From the NCBI GenBank assembly GCA_016840035.1, contig JAEOTC010000187.1, positions 1 through 19,207 of the forward strand: a stretch of DNA of 19,207 nt, read 5' to 3'. The notes under the pieces are model-generated. The model ran no database searches, was not told where the DNA came from, and saw nothing but the letters and a program-made list of their open reading frames with translations. Position numbers and translations under genes: made by a program. Positions 18,534 to 19,207 of this stretch are shown piece after piece (within the stretch, counting starts at the first letter, position 1; each line of letters begins with the position of its first letter). Source of the stretch: Candidatus Hodarchaeota archaeon (GTDB taxonomy: Archaea > Asgardarchaeota > Heimdallarchaeia > Hodarchaeales > Hodarchaeaceae).

Positions 18534-18707
18534 ATCCCGTAGCAGTCTAAGTGTGGAGATATATCGACATGTTTCGTGTCTTCCACACCTCCCACTCCTC
18601 ACACACGGGTTTTTTCTTCAGAAAAGTGTGGAAAGTTTCAGTCCACTCGTTTACTAAAAGTTGTAGTCTATAGAAGTTGTGAGAGTGTGAAGAAGTGTAT
18701 TCTAGGT
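18534..18707 (+). repeat. Structured intergenic element, copy R12 (diverged, internal deletion)
   Basis: ATCCCGT..GTGTGGAG..CGACATGTT..CTCCCACTCCTCACACACGGG..GTGTGGAAAGTTTCAGTCCACTCG. Confidence 0.85.
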
Positions 18708-19207
18708 TTAGCTTGACAGATCTTCGGTTCGTATTATTCCTATTTCTGGATGTTCAACTTTCCAAACATACTTCAGGCGTCTCCATAGAAGGTAGAGAAG
18801 AAGAGGGATAACGACTAAACTTCCGAAAATGAACAGATCTGGGTTGTTAATAAATAATATGATCCAAAAGACGATTAATCCACCAATTAATCGAAGTTCT
18901 TTTTCATGCTTTTGATTCTCGCTATCAACTCTTTGAAATGAATTGATATTTCGTCTACGGTTATTAATAGTCCTCTTCCTAGGCCTAGAGATTCTTGTTG
19001 AGGGGAAGTACTTGGATTGATTCGTGAATAGAGTTTTTGATCCATTCGGTTTTCTATTTAATGTGATCCCTATATAATATCCTTGGAGTTCGTTTCTGCA
19101 GATTGGGCAATATTTTCTTCTCTGCAACCATTTTGCTAAGTGGCTAGTGTGATAAGTCGTGGAACAAAAGGGACAGATAAAGAGCTTCCTTGTATCTTCT
19201 ACCTCTC
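18708..19207 (-). CDS. RING-finger protein with two C-terminal TM helices (5' end outside the window)
   Basis: The frame stays open upstream of the track start at 19127: EVEDTRKLFICPFCSTTYHTSHLAKWLQRRKYCPICRNEL, i.e. CPxC-x4-H-x2-H-x3-W-x6-CPxCR. Confidence 0.85.
   Translation of the reverse strand, partial: EVEDTRKLFICPFCSTTYHTSHLAKWLQRRKYCPICRNELQGYYIGITLNRKPNGSKTLFTNQSKYFPSTRISRPRKRTINNRRRNINSFQRVDSENQKHEKELRLIGGLIVFWIILFINNPDLFIFGSLVVIPLLLYLLWRRLKYVWKVEHPEIGIIRTEDLSS

Noticed and set aside
530-18707. CRISPR array, canonical attC sites or classical TIR MITE
   Set aside because: Units are ~250 bp, diverged and separated by whole genes. There are no conserved RYYYAAC/GTTRRRY ends, no element-wide palindrome, and no terminal inverted repeats or obvious target duplications.

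Overview
AT-rich archaeal accessory region, most likely from an Asgard (Heimdallarchaeia-like) genome. This assignment is inferred from TATA-box promoters, NosD/PNGGE surface proteins with C-terminal anchors and an Asgard-style RING finger. The window holds about 18 unrelated genes in mixed orientation: two vapBC toxin-antitoxin pairs, a large beta-helix surface protein, a metal-dependent hydrolase, a GYD protein, a tandem SagB-nitroreductase/cytochrome-b fusion, a lipoprotein, a flavodoxin-ferredoxin, an HTH-propeller-lipase operon, a RING-TM protein running off the right end, and a decayed HNH gene. The most striking signal is non-coding. A ~250-270 bp element occurs about 12 times, full-length or truncated, between nearly all gene modules and always on the + strand. 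It consists of conserved blocks alternating with short hairpins whose sequences vary while pairing is kept, and copies are mosaics of one another. The layout resembles an integron-like cassette array built on a non-attC structured repeat. No integrase, transposase or reverse transcriptase is visible in the window. All alignments and folds were done by eye.
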